Assembly: GCF_018350175.1 (NCBI RefSeq)
Contig: NC_058368.1
Location: forward strand, 158,474,001-158,538,000
Length of the DNA: 64,000 bases
Reading direction: 5' to 3'
From: Felis catus
Taxonomy: Eukaryota
The notes under the pieces were generated by a model, which ran no database searches, was not told the origin of the DNA, and saw nothing but the letters and a program-made list of their open reading frames with translations. Made by a program: the position numbers and the translations under genes. This document shows, piece by piece, positions 44,745 through 57,808 of this stretch (the stretch's first letter is position 1; each line of letters begins with the position of its first letter).

Positions 44745-47700
44745 TACTTGATAGATATTTAAAATAACGTGCTTCATAGCTGCAACATTAAACTAGCAAA
44801 CTCATCTTCTTTGTTGCTGCCATCCTGCACTGAAGTGTTGATTTTTGCTTATAGGACTACAAGACTGCACAGAAAGTAACAGCTGTGATTAGACTGAGTA
44901 AATATAATGTGTACAATTTGAAGATGGTGATAAATTTATTGACTGAGTGTTTTAGTTTGGTAAATTAAAATTCATGTCTATGTAATGCTGCCCTTTAGGT
45001 TATTTCAGTCACAATGTGACCATTATATAATTTAAATTGCCTTCTTATGAATTGTAGCTGTCATTGGTTATCTGAGTTTTATTGTGTAAATGTAATTATA
45101 GTAAATGAGCATGGCCTTTAGATGCACTTAATCCCTAGGGATATTTTGGGAAAGGTTGTAGTGTCTTTACAATCAAGACAGCCATTTGGCAAGTATATTA
45201 GAAGTCAAATGACTTAAAACAAAACCTGTGTACTAAAATCTCTGTGATGCAGAATTATCTCAAGTTATCCTGTTTCACACTGGCTGAAAGCCTCTATAGA
45301 TATTGCTGATGCTGATCTTACAAGATGTCAAGAGGCCAGAATTGTTGCTTATGTTATCATTTGGTATTTATGGCACATAAGACAAAATGGAGTTTCTGGA
45401 CTTTACTTATTTTATGAATTTATCTAATGACATGTGTTGTGAGTGGCATTTAAGAATCATCTTTTATAGTAAAAGGTGTGAGGGGGGAAATTGTACTGAT
45501 GCATCTTAAAGAGAAATGCTAGTGTGTTTGGCTAAAAAAGGATGTGTTTACTGGCTTGAGATTTTGAAGTTCCTACTGTGGCTATTTAATATAGTAGCAA
45601 CAAACTATGAATGTGGCACTTCATAGTTTGCAAAGTGTTATGACCCACTTATTTCATGTAACCCCTATGATAGTCTAGGCAGACAGGGCAGTTATTATCT
45701 CCATTTTACCAGATAAGAACACTGAGATCCCAGGTAAGTTCTGGAGCCAGAACTAGAATCCACAGGTTCCTCAGCACTATACTTTATGTCTCCTACACCA
45801 TAATTGATTTAAATTATGTCCTGGCTTTGAAGAAAGAGGAGGAAATGTAATAAGTCTGAAGAATCTGGGTCTAGTAGAAAAGAAAGGCGGTGACTCAGAG
45901 CCCATAATCACTGAAGTAGTACTAGGTCCTGCTGACTTAGGATCCAGCCCCACAGCAGGTGTTAGAGGACCTTCTTAACCTCATGGCTAACATATTAATT
46001 CTGTCTTATTCCAAGCTTCGGTTCAGCCTTCAGAGAATTTATGAGTGGCCTTGGAGGTAATTTTCGTTAATTAATACTTAATTTTAATGTGTTGAGTGTC
46101 GGTACTTTCATTTCAACATTTATTACAGGCTTTTTTTCCTGCAGGGCTCCAGGGATATAAAGATGAATGAGATAAGAGCCCCTCCCTTGGAGGAACTGTT
46201 TAAATGTGAAGCAAAATCTCTAATTATAGTTTACTTCTGCAGAAATTCCCTTCTCTGTAGGGTAAACTAAGCCTTGAAATTTTTCTAAACCTTCTCATCT
46301 TCAACCTGTAATTCTGTAATAAGCAAAAAGTTACAGGATTAAAATGTACGTTATTCTAGAAAAAAGTATGGAGCAGGTTTTGGAACTTAGTATTTCATCC
46401 TAAATGTGAAAGGCCGTATAAGCGTATAGTGTGCACAACTTCCATTTTCCAAGTTTGAGAGACTGCCAGGGGTTTGTAGTATGGAAAGAGTGAGGTGACT
46501 CATGATTTGGAATGATTGTTTTGATCTCTCCCTGTAGTTGCTGTAGAACATTGGCAGGGCGGCCAGCATAATTAACACTGCACAGTCTAATTATAAACAC
46601 AACTCTGTGGACAGTGGCTACGAAAGAAGAAAGCATGTCCTGGATAAACAATCAAGTTGGCAGGATTCCTTTAGAATGATGACTAGATAATGTCAAGTTT
46701 ACTATAAATCAACTTGCTTTTCCTAGATTGTCTCAGGAGTTACCATAGGGGGAAAAAAGTATTATCTGTGAAAGTCTCGCTGGGTTATTTTTTTAAGAGC
46801 TCATTTGAAGCATTTCTTTATTGCAGTCTTTCTAACCTTTTCATCCTAAGAGAACAGCTAGGCATTTTAATTTTTATGGTGTACTATTTTAGGGAGAGTA
46901 GGGGAATGGGTCACAGGAGGACATTTGTTCTAGTAATAGTTGAATTGATTTTTAAAAGGTGAAAGAAACTAGGGATTTGGAAAGATTACATTGGAGTAGT
47001 GTAATAAAGAGCAGGAAAAGAGAGACCCATGAGCTGAAGAGAGTGAAGAGGGTGCGCTAAGAATACAAAAGGGAAGTGGCCACAACAGCCATGCATGTTT
47101 GAGAGAAACTGAGACGCATGTTACACGTGTGTGGTCTCACATACTCGTCTGAGACAGAGCAGGCACTGTGCATGTTTGTATGTGCTTAGGGATTTGTTGA
47201 AGCATGGCTGAGAGCTGAGGAATGATTTAGTTGGTTTAAATATAGGTTTGGCCCTTGGGTTCCTGAGTTTCAGAACAAAGGCTATGGAGATTGGTTTCAG
47301 GACCCTGTAGGGATGGTTGTATTTCTGCAGAATGAACCTGAGTTGTGATTTACCCTAAATAAAGTAAGCACTTGAAAGCAAATGCTTAAAAATGAGACCC
47401 TCCCCCCCCTTTTTTTTGCTTTTTCTTTTTTTTATTGAGTTAATTTCAGTTAAATTTCAAATGGACACTTAAAAAGATTTTTCTGGTAGCCTTTGTGTTG
47501 CCAATTCACTTTTGGAAACTAGTGAATGTGGTGTCAAAAACGGTGGAAGCTTTGCAGCCTTTTCCTGCCCTTGAATTTTAATTTGAATATTGTTGGTGTA
47601 GGAGCTGGATAAAGTAAGAGTTTATCCTTTTTATTAATGTGTTTACACATGTGATCTTAACTCTGCTTTTAAATGTATAGTTTCTCTTAAAGGGTTTAGA

Positions 47701-47877
47701 AGAGGACTGATTTTTCTTTTTAAGAAAAAATATACAAAAATCTAAATACAGAAATAGATGAGTTAAGCACAGTTTTTCTTGTTTGTTTTTGATTTTTTTT
47801 TTTTTTTTTTTTTTTTGTAAAAGAATACTTTCTACTTTGAAGAGATTCTAAGAAGTGTCCTTTAAATAATAGCTCCT

Positions 47878-48048
47878 GGGGCTCCTGGGTGGCTCAGTTG
47901 GTTAAGTGTCTGACTTTGAGCCCGTGTCCTCTGTGCAGACAGTTCAGAGCCTGGAACCTGCTTGGGATTCTGTGTCTCCCTCTCTCTCTGCCACTCTCCC
48001 ATTTGCGCTCTCTTTCTCTATCAAAATAAATAAACATAAAAAATTAAA
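47878..48048 (+). mobile_element. Can-SINE with internal deletion
   Basis: Head joined directly to gagccc; TSD approximately ataatagct. Confidence 0.9.
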
Positions 48049-48439
48049 ATATAATAGCTTTCCAATTCCTTTTAAATACTTGGATTTACAAAAAAAATCT
48101 AGCTTTTTATTTTAAAGAAGAGGGGGAGAACATGGATTTTTCTAAATTTGGGTAGAGCTAGCATTAACACTGGCTAAATGATTTTTTTTTTTTTTTTTAC
48201 CAGATACTCTTGGAGGAGGGACAGATATAAGGTGGTGGGGCTTGTGAAAGAGGATCTCTGTCTGTAGTCCAGGACCCAATTCTGATTCCTCTGTTACATT
48301 AACCTAACCAGACTTTTGAGAAGTGAAAAATGGGTCTTGGAGATCTACGAGGACCTGATATAATGTTGATTTTAAGGCCAATTTCTAGGAAAATATGATT
48401 AATAGCCAGTAATACTATTTTTCTGCCCTCCAGCATTTT

Positions 48440-51400
48440 TTGCTTTATTAACTTTCTTTTCTGTTTTCTACTTTATTGGTTTCTGCTCTTTATTATTTTT
48501 TCTACTTAGGTTTACTATACTATTCTTTTTAGTTTCTTAGGGTGAAAACTTATATCATTGATTTTAAACGTCTTTCTAATATAGGCATTTAAAGCAGTAA
48601 ATTTCTCTCATTAAAAAAAATTATTTAAGTATTGTCTAAATCTGTTATTGTTTATTCTTTGATTTGTGAATTATTTAGAAGTTCATTTTCTGTTTTCCAA
48701 ATATCTAGACATTGTCTAATTCATTATTTTTGGGTTTTCTAATTATTTCTACTGTGGTCAGAGGACACAGTCTCAAAAAAACTCAGTCTTTTAAAGTTTA
48801 TTGAGATTTATTTTATGGCTCAGTGTATGGGCTACCTTGGTAAAGGTTACATATGTATTCTGCACTTGTTTGGTGTAATATTCTACAAATGTCTTTTAGA
48901 CCAAATCAGTTGGTAGTATTTAGATAGTCTATGGACCTACTTGTTGTCTACTTGCTCTGTCAATTACAAAGAGAGACATGACAGAATCTCCAATTATGGT
49001 TGTGGATATTTCTGTTTCTTGAGTTTTGCCATTTTCTGTTTTGAATTTTAAAGCTCTCTTATTAGATACATACATATTTAAGCTTGGTGTCTTATCCTGA
49101 TGAATTTCTCCTTTTATCATTATAAAATTTTATTCTGCTTTGTTAACCTAATAGTATCCTTAAATTTAAAAGGTGTCTTTTATAGACAGTGTGTAGTGGA
49201 GTCTTGCTTTTTTTAATCCATTGTGACAGTCTCTGTCCTTTAGTTGAAATGTTTAATCCAGTTACAGTTAATGAAATTTTTTATGCGGTTGTGTTTAAAT
49301 CTATGATTTTGCCATCATTTTTATTTGTCCTTTTTATTATTGTTTTTGTTTCTTTTTTGATGCCCCCTTTTGGGTTAATTGGGTATTTTTTAGTATTTTA
49401 TTTTATTTTCCTCATTGGCTTTTTAGCTATACATCTTTTAAATTACTTTTTTATTGATTATTCTAGGGCTAATAATATGCATCCTTAACTTATTAAAGTG
49501 TGTTTATTGTAAAAGTTATGCCATTTATCCATTCATCAGCTGATGCACATTTAGGCTCTTTCCATAATTTGGCTATTGTTGAAACCATAAGAGACTCTTA
49601 AAAACTGAGAAAAAACTTAGGGTTGATGGGGAGTGGGAGGGAGGCGATGGTGGGTGATGGGCATTGAGGAGGGCACCTGTTGGGACGAGCACTGGGTGTT
49701 GTATGGAAACCAATTTGACAATAAATTTAATATTAAAAAAAATTATGCCATTTAACATTTTACACCTGACCATTCTCTCTTCTTACTTTATACTTCCTCC
49801 TTTTCACTGGACACTTAGCATTTCCCCTTCTCAATTTACAAATATAATTTAATATAATTCCTTTTATTCACCCCCTCTCTTCTTTGTGCTCTTGTCAATT
49901 TTTTTATTTTTATATATATTAAAAACTTCCCACATATTATTGCTTTAAGCAAATAGTTTTAATATATAGTGTTTTAAGGAAATTTGAAGAAGAATAAAAT
50001 ATATAAATTTTTTATTTTTAACAACTTACTCATCTTTTCTGGTATTCTTTCCTTCCTGCAGATCTGAGTTTCTGTCTGATATCACTTCCCTCAAAGCTTT
50101 ATAGTATCTTGTAATCACATCTGCTTGAGATTAATTTTATCAGCTTTAATTTATTTGAAAGATATTTGTCTTAATTTTTGAGAGATATTTTCGCTGGATA
50201 TAGAAATCTGAATTGGCAGCTTTTTTTTTATTTTTTCTTTCAGCCCCTTAAAAACATTCTCACATCTTCTGGCCTCCATTATTTTGGTGAAAAGTTAGTA
50301 TTCTTATTTTTCTCTTGTATGTAACATATTGTTTTTAGGCTTCTTTAAAGATTTGATCTTTGCTTTTCAGCAGTTTGACCATGATGTAGCTAGATATGAT
50401 TTTCTTTGTATTTATTGTCTTTGGAGTTTGATGAGCTTTTCTGATCTGATAAATAGTGTTTTTCACCAAACTTAATAAAATTTTAACTATTTTGTCTTCA
50501 AATGTTTTTTCTGCTTTATTTTCAGAGTCTTCTGGGACTCCTATTACATATGTTAGACAATCTGATATTGTCCCACAAATTTCTGATGTTGTGTTCATTT
50601 TTCTTGTCTTTTTTTCCTTTGTTTATCAAATTGGTAATTGTTAGTAATCTGTCAAGTTCATGAATTCTTTTTTCTGCTATCTCCAATCTACTATTAAGTC
50701 CATTCAGTGAGTTTTTCATTTTAATTTTTGAAACTTCTAGTCCTAGAATTTCCTTTTTTTCTCCGATTGATCCTTTTTTGCAGTTTTAGTTTCTCTGCTG
50801 AGATTCTCATCTGTTCATGTATTCTCCCTTGTTGTTGTTGTTGTTGTTATTGTTCAAAAATATTTTCCTTTATTTAAGAGATTTTTCAAACAACAGCTCT
50901 GAAGTTTTTACTAAATGCACTATTTGGGCCAACTTAAAGTCAGTCTCTAATGACTTATTTTTTTCTTATGGGTCACAGTTTTGTTTCCTTGAATGCCTAG
51001 AAATGTTTTTATTATGTATTGGACAGGGTTGATACATTGTAGAGATGCTGAATTTTTTTTTCTTTTAATTTCTCTGCACTGTTGTTTGTTTTAGTGGCAG
51101 TTTAATTGCTGGCTGATCACCTTGTATAGGTTTGCTAGGGAAGATCTGTGGAAAGCTTTTTTTTCAAGTTTTTTTCTCAGGCCCCTCTAAGTTAGCACAA
51201 CTCTTCCCCCAGATTGTTTTTTCCTCATGGTTTTTATTAGGGCTTTAGGGCTTGGTTTTAGACTGTTTTAATGTGGGTCTAGAGTTGGTCTTATTCTATG
51301 GTGTGCTTTTCCCCTTAGAGTGGAGCCTTTCTGGCGTTTCAAATTGATGTGCAGAATGTTAATAAGTTCTCTTTCTTCAGGTTGGGTTAAACTGGCAATG

Positions 51401-51790
51401 TTTGCCTATGCTGCTTGACCTCTAGTATTTCTATTCCATATTAACCTCATTACAGATACTCTTTTGTAAGCCTTATGTAGTTACTTACACTCAGCATTGG
51501 TTGAGGGTTCTCAGGGAACCCCTGTACAAACTTCTGTGGTCCTCACTCTGTGCATTTCCATCCTCTCTAGTGTCCTGTCTCTGCCACTAGCCCTGCTCTG
51601 CTTGGACTCCAGCTCACTATACTACAATTAGAAAATTGTCCCAAGGCAGAGAGCCAAGCAAATGTAGCCTCACAGTATTGCTCGTTTATCCAGTAGCTAA
51701 AAATAGTTGCATTATTTTGTCCAGTTTAATAGTCATTTATGAGAGGAAGAAAAGTCTGGTACCAATTACTGTGTCATATTGGAAGTGGAA
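48440..51790 (-). mobile_element. Ancient L1 (ORF1 and ORF2 endonuclease remnants)
   Basis: Minus-strand ORFs MIKGEIHQD..TIIGD..IDRASRQ (L1 endonuclease-like) and MKNSLNGLNSRLEIAEKRIHEL..LWDNI / VIGVPE..AEKTFE..IMVKLLKSKD (L1 ORF1-like). Confidence 0.85.
49528..49737 (+). mobile_element. Short feline L1 3' end with inverted 5' segment
   Basis: Sense L1 3'UTR (gggcattgaggagggcacctgttggga..gtatggaaaccaatttgacaataaa) preceded by an antisense ORF2-end piece; 17-bp TSD. Confidence 0.9.
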
Positions 51791-53699
51791 ATCTCCCATA
51801 GCATTTTTATATGTGTTGAAATGAACTTTAGAGATAGCTTGAAAGGGAAAATTAAATCTTAGTCTCTCTTAGAACTAAATAAAGTGAGCTTATGTTGCTT
51901 ATGAACTGACCATTTCTCTCTGATCTTCCTGCCTCCCACCCCTAGTCTCCCATTCACTGCTGTCTTGTCTATTCACAAGAGACACAAGGAGGGAGAGGGG
52001 AACAGAAGAAAGACCTTACATGGATCGTGCGTCCTAGGTTGTGACCTTGGGCCTGTCAAATGGAAAATTAAATGTGGTTTTGAAGCAGTACTATGTAAAA
52101 GTAGAAATGCATATAGGACTTTCTGTGTTAATATTTTATGACACTGCTCATACATTGAAGTGTAAGCAAACAGGATGTATCAGGGAAAGGAGCTACTGAG
52201 AACATCTTTAAAATTTGTCTCTTAGTGTCTGCTCTTCACATTCTGGTGAGAAGATGATATATCTAGATTTGTAACTTAACATGAGCATTGTGATTAATAG
52301 GAAGAAGTTTTCTTTGAGTGCATCTGTGGTGGGGGTCAGGGGATTAGGTAATGTTTTGTCGGATTAGATCCGTACAGAAAAATCACTGTTCTTGTTCTGA
52401 ATTCTAGTTGTTTTCTTGCCTTTTTAGTATTAAACTTTAAAAAAATAAAATATCTTTTTGATAGTCGAGGATTGCTTATTGGGGAAATAGTTATGTTATT
52501 TGATAATTAGTCGTCACTTCAGAAATTTAATGACGTTTCCCTTTGGAAGTGATCTAGAAAATATAAATGTTGTCTCATGCTTGGAGCTTTCAGCTCTGTT
52601 TAAATATGTCTGAGAGGCCTCAGAAGAAGCATAATTCTTTATTGTTAAGGCCCAATTTGAATATAGCAAGTTGCTATAATACCTAATTGAATATAGCAAT
52701 CTTGCATCTTCCCAAAAAGCCTTATTGAAATTAGGCCTATTCTTTTAAATTTGTTTTGGCTTGTTGATTTCAAAATATACCCCATTTCATTTCATTTTCT
52801 CAGAAAATGTGATGGTAGTTTAAAGGGATTAAAGTTTGTGGGAAGTTTTCTTGTTTTAATTCAAGTTGCTCACCATGTTGTTTGCCATAGCTTTACTTTT
52901 TCTGGTGTTTTCTAAATTGAACCCCTCATTTAATCATTTTCTCTCTTGCCAGCACCTTCTATGCATTTTCCTTGTAGCTTCTTACCACATCCTCTCTACA
53001 TATTTAACCCTGGATTAACCCATCTGCTGTCTCTACTCTTTAAAAATATTTTCCATTTATATTTTCCATTTTAAATTGTGGTAAAATACACATACATGGG
53101 TTTTTTTTGTTTTTTTTTTTTTTGTTGTTGTTGTTTTTTTCTTTTAGACTTGGGCTGGTGAGTACTGCTAAAAGGCATTTATGGAGACTGGTAGTATGAG
53201 AAGTTCTACTGCACTTACTGACCTTCTCAGCCATAACCTTTCCATGGGTCAACTTTCCCTGGTCCTCTGCCTAAGCTTTTGTACTTTATTTTCCTCCGTA
53301 AGCCACCTATCCTTCCCCACAACTGCCTTCGGGCAGATGGCCTTGATTCCTCTGTCACAGAGAACATGGAGGCTCTCTGCTGTTCACATCCTCAGTTTTC
53401 CATGCTCTTGTACATGCTTCTTCTCTGTCTTCACCTTCTGTCTCCCAGGTTCAGAGGAGAAGTGCCTAGTTCTCACCCAGGTTAATCTCTCTCCTGGAGT
53501 TTTTGTGGTATCTTCCCATCCCTGTGGGATGTTATTCTAACATTTCCTCTCATCTACTCCTCCACCTGCACGTTTTGTCATTCTTTACTTTTCCTTCATG
53601 CTTAAGTTATTCCCATCTTAAACACAGACAAACGAACAAACAAAAAAACAAAAGGACTTTTCTCTGTGCCATATTATCTTTTAGTTTGACCCTATGTCT

Positions 53700-54700
53700 T
53701 TTTTCTTGATACACAACTGTGTACCTTGAAAGAATAGTCTGCAGCCCTTGACTTCCCATGTAGATTTTCCATTCTTTGGGCTGTTAGGCTTCCATTTCCA
53801 CTATTCCATTGAAGGTGCTTTATGAAAGTTGCTGGTTCCCTAGTTGCCAAATCTCATAACCTCTCTAGGCCTCATTTTACTTGATGTTTCAAAGACAGTT
53901 AATGCTGACCACTTCCTTCATGAAAACTTCCTTTGTTTTTTGGGATACTACTGTCCTAATTTTCTTACCTCTAGTAAATTCCTTCTTACTCTCCTCTTTT
54001 GCCCCTCTTCCTCTGCCCACCTCTTCAATGCTCATACTCTCTGACTCTTACCTCCCTCCCTCTCAGTAGTCTCACTCATCTGCACGGTTTTCATTATGTA
54101 TATGGAGGTGATTCTGAAATCTGAATCTTCCCCATAAATCCCTGTTTTGAGACCAGATCCATATAACATAGTCCTCATAACAGGCCTGGAAAATAGTAAT
54201 GTTTTTCACATTTATGGGTGAGGAATTGAAGCTAAGGGATATTTGTAACCCATTTGAGATCAAGCAGTCAGTGGAAGAGGCAGGACTTGAAGTTCTTTCT
54301 AAAATTAGGTGTTTATAATATGCCATTAATCAAACATCTCCATCCGGCTGACAGATGTATTAAATACATCGTATCCCATACCAAATGCCATCCTATAACT
54401 GTTCTCACTACACCGCCCCCCACCCCCCCCCAAAAAAAAAATGAACACCAAGAGAGAGAATTTGGAAACCTATATTATCAGTCTCCGTGAAAGGCATTCT
54501 TTCTTCCAGTTATCCAAGCCAGAATGTATATTGGGAATTGACATTGACTTCCTCCTGTCAGTCCATCTTACAGAACTGTCTGGCCCAAGGGAGCATCAAT
54601 TCCTTGGTATTCTCTTTTTTTTAACATGACGTGTAATCATTCCCTCCTTTTTACTTCTGCTGCTGTCATAATTGAGAACTTCATATCGACCTGGATTGCT
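53700..54700 (+). mobile_element. L2 remnant
   Basis: gttgccaaatc..cttgat..gctgaccacttccttcatgaaaact..tcttccagttatccaagccagaa. Confidence 0.65.
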
Positions 54701-54942
54701 ATTACAGTTACATTGCTTCCCATTGTCAAGGCATTGCTTCCCAAGTTATGTGAGCCGAAGAATCAAGGTTTTTTGTTTTTTAATTTTTAACCTGTTGCAT
54801 AAATTTTGTAGCATTTAAAAAATGAATCATTTTTTAATGATGAAAGACATCATTAAAAAAGACATGCAAATTATAAGCTGCATTTTTTAAATGATTACAT
54901 TTGGCAGACATAAAATTATTGACAGATTGCTATAAAACTTTT

Positions 54943-55155
54943 TTTTAACATTTATTTATTTTTAATATAGAGAGACAGAGGAGGAGAGGAGAGGGAGGGG
55001 AGGGTCAGAGAGAGAGGGAGACACAAAATCCGAAGTAGGCTCCAGGCTCTGAGCTGTCAGCACAAAGCCTGACGCGGGGCTCGAACTCACAAACCACAAG
55101 ATCATGACCTAAACCAAAGTCGGACGCTCAACTGACTGAACGACCCAGGCGCCCC
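54943..55155 (-). mobile_element. Can-SINE inside a probable hAT remnant
   Basis: TSD cagattgctataaaactttt. Confidence 0.94.
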
Positions 55156-56496
55156 AGATTGCTATAAAACTTTTAAAATATTAGTTATCCACATGTATCC
55201 TGTCACAGGTAGATAACAGTTTGTGGATTGACACTGATTCACAGACAACATAGAAGAGCACCAGTTCATGGTATCTAATGAAAAGAAATGTCTTCAGTTT
55301 TCTTAGATTATTACCACATGGGCCTACATTATTTAAAACTGAAAAATTTCAACTAGGACATTCTTTGTTTTTCGCTTATAGATAGCATGTATATGTGAAT
55401 TTAAGAGGTTTTAGAAAATTTCCAGTTTCTATAGGATTCCTTCTTCCTATACAAATAACATCCCATTAGAGCAATGAGTAATCATGTTACATTGTATACA
55501 ATTTAAGGTTAAGATCGAAGTACTGACGAAAGAATCCAAAGCAACATTTTCTTAAATGGGCTTGAAGTACAGTCTTCATGGGTTACCTATTAACAAGAGT
55601 GATTTCCCCTGGCTTGGTGTATTTAACTTGATACTGTACACATATGCAAAAGTCTGCCACCAATGTCCAGTAAATTATACCAGAGGAGGTGATGTATTCC
55701 ATTTCTAAAAGATTAAAATTCTACACAAGTATTAATCTTCATGGGTGATAAATAATAAAAGTAACTTATTTGGATTTGGCAGATGTCTGACAATCCCTAT
55801 CAAAAGATTTGAAGTAAATGAAATGCAAACAGGAGATGCTAAAATGGTTACACAGTAGAATACCCCTGGGCTTTAAACAAGGCTTTGCTGAGGAATCAAA
55901 ACACATAAAAAACAAAGTTGTAAGGGGGTATGGATTCAGGAATGGGTGTGCTCTAAATATAACTGAGATTATACCTAGAATTAGCTTAGAAATTAATTAA
56001 ATAAAACCATACTGTGCAGACCTCATTGTTGTCTACATCACATCTCACACAGAACAAAACACATGGGCAAATGCTAAGACAACATACTTTTCTCTTATAA
56101 GGTTAAAAAAAAAAAACCAAAGTCAGTAAAAGCCTTTTAGACATTTTGAAAAAGCAAATTAAGCAACTACTCTTCAGCATGTGCTAGGACTAAAAACTAC
56201 CACAGAAAATTTCTAACCATTAAGAGTTCATTAAGAGTTAAAAAAAATTAAGTTCAATTATAGCAATATTTGCTCTGATAATGAAGTAGATGACGCCCAA
56301 ACACAACTATCAGAACAAAACAAAACTTTGTCATGAGAAGTAGGGGCACTATCTGACGTTTAAGAGATTAAATTCCTAACGCGGTATGTTATATAATCAC
56401 TCTTCTTCCATTTCGAGGTCATTCACAGGAGGTGGAAAAATGGCAGCTTGCTAAACCCACACCTAGAATGTAATCAAAAGTTTTATTCAAAGAAAA

Positions 56497-56687
56497 TTTT
56501 TTTTAAAGTTGATTTATTTTGAGAGATAGAGCATGGGTGTGAATGGGGCAGGGGCGGGGGGGGGGGGGCGGGAAACCCAAGTGGCTCCACACTGTCAGCA
56601 CACAGCTGGACATGGGACTTGACCTCAGGGACTATGAGCTGAAATCAAGAGTTGGGCACTTAACCAACTGACCCACCCAGGTGCCCC
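56497..56687 (-). mobile_element. Can-SINE, degenerate, G-run expansion
   Basis: Reverse SINE ending cacccaggtgcccc. Confidence 0.9.
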
Positions 56688-56967
56688 GGGAAATTAGTAT
56701 TTAGTCTCAGCTGCCTTTTTTTGTTGCTAGCCTGCTTATTTAGCTTTCTTATTTCATGACTGTGGTATACTTTTATTTATGCTTAAGTTTCTAATGGATG
56801 ATAAAAGAAAATTATAAGCATCTTATTTAATTCAGTAGCTCCATGATGGAAATAAGCCTTAGTGTTAAAAGAATTCTTAGATTAAATGTGGTTTTGCTTG
56901 TAGGCATTTTATTATGAGATTTTTTTTTTTTCTAACTCTGCCTTGTCCTTGTGTTTTGGTTGTTTAG

Positions 56968-57808
56968 ATCTGCTTCAGCTCCCCAGGAATATGATTGAAA
57001 ACAGCATGTTTGAGGAAGAACCAGATGTGGTGGATTTAGCCAAAGAGCCCTGTTTACATCCTCTAGAGCCTGATGAGGTGGAATATGAGCCCCGGGGTTC
57101 AAGACTGCTGGTGCGGGGTCTTGGTGAGCATGAGATGGATGAGGACGAAGAGGATTATGAGTCATCTGCAAAACTGCTGGGCATGTCCTTCATGAACAGA
57201 AGCTCAGGCCTTCGGAACAGTGCAACTGGCTACAGGCCGAGCCCAGATGGGACTTGTTCCGTACCCTCTGCGAGGACCATGGCTATCTGTGTTTTTCTTA
57301 TTGTGGTTGCCGTTTCTATAATCATGGTGATTTATTTACTACCCAGATGTACTTTTACCAAAGAAGGCTGCCATAAAAAAAACCAATCAATGGGACTAAT
57401 TCAGCCAGTTGCAACAAATGGAAAGTTGTTTCCGTGGGCACAAGTCAGGCTTCCCACCGCCATTATGCCACTTCGCTATGAACTTAACCTACACCCAAAC
57501 CTAACCTCGATGACATTCAGGGGTTCTGTGACAATTTCACTTCAGGCTCTTCAGGCCACGTGGAATATCGTTCTTCACAGTACAGGCCATAATATTTCAA
57601 GAGTGACCTTTATGTCAGCAGTTTCAAGCCAAGAAAAACAAGTTGAGGTCTTGGAATACCCATTTCATGAACAAATTGCAATTGTTGCCCCTGAAGCTCT
57701 TCTTGAAGGACACAATTATACCTTAAAGATAGAGTATTCAGCGAATATATCTACTTCTTACTGTGGGTTCTATGGAATCTCCTATACAGATGAAAGTAAT
57801 GAGAAAAA
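56968..57808 (+). CDS. LNPEP: LNPEP exon 2 (841 nt): cytoplasmic tail, TM helix, start of domain I of leucyl/cystinyl aminopeptidase (IRAP)
   Basis: tgtttag acceptor, gtatgt donor; LQLPRNMIENSMFEEEPDVVDLAKEP...; dileucines LL53-54 (57105) and LL76-77 (57174), acidic cluster, RPSPDG tankyrase-type motif (57234-57251), hydrophobic TM, RLP..PLRYEL M1 motif. Confidence 0.98.

Noticed and set aside
26165..56687. Antisense bias of SINEs in LNPEP intron 1 (11 minus vs 5 plus)
   Set aside because: Small numbers and a well-known general intronic trend.
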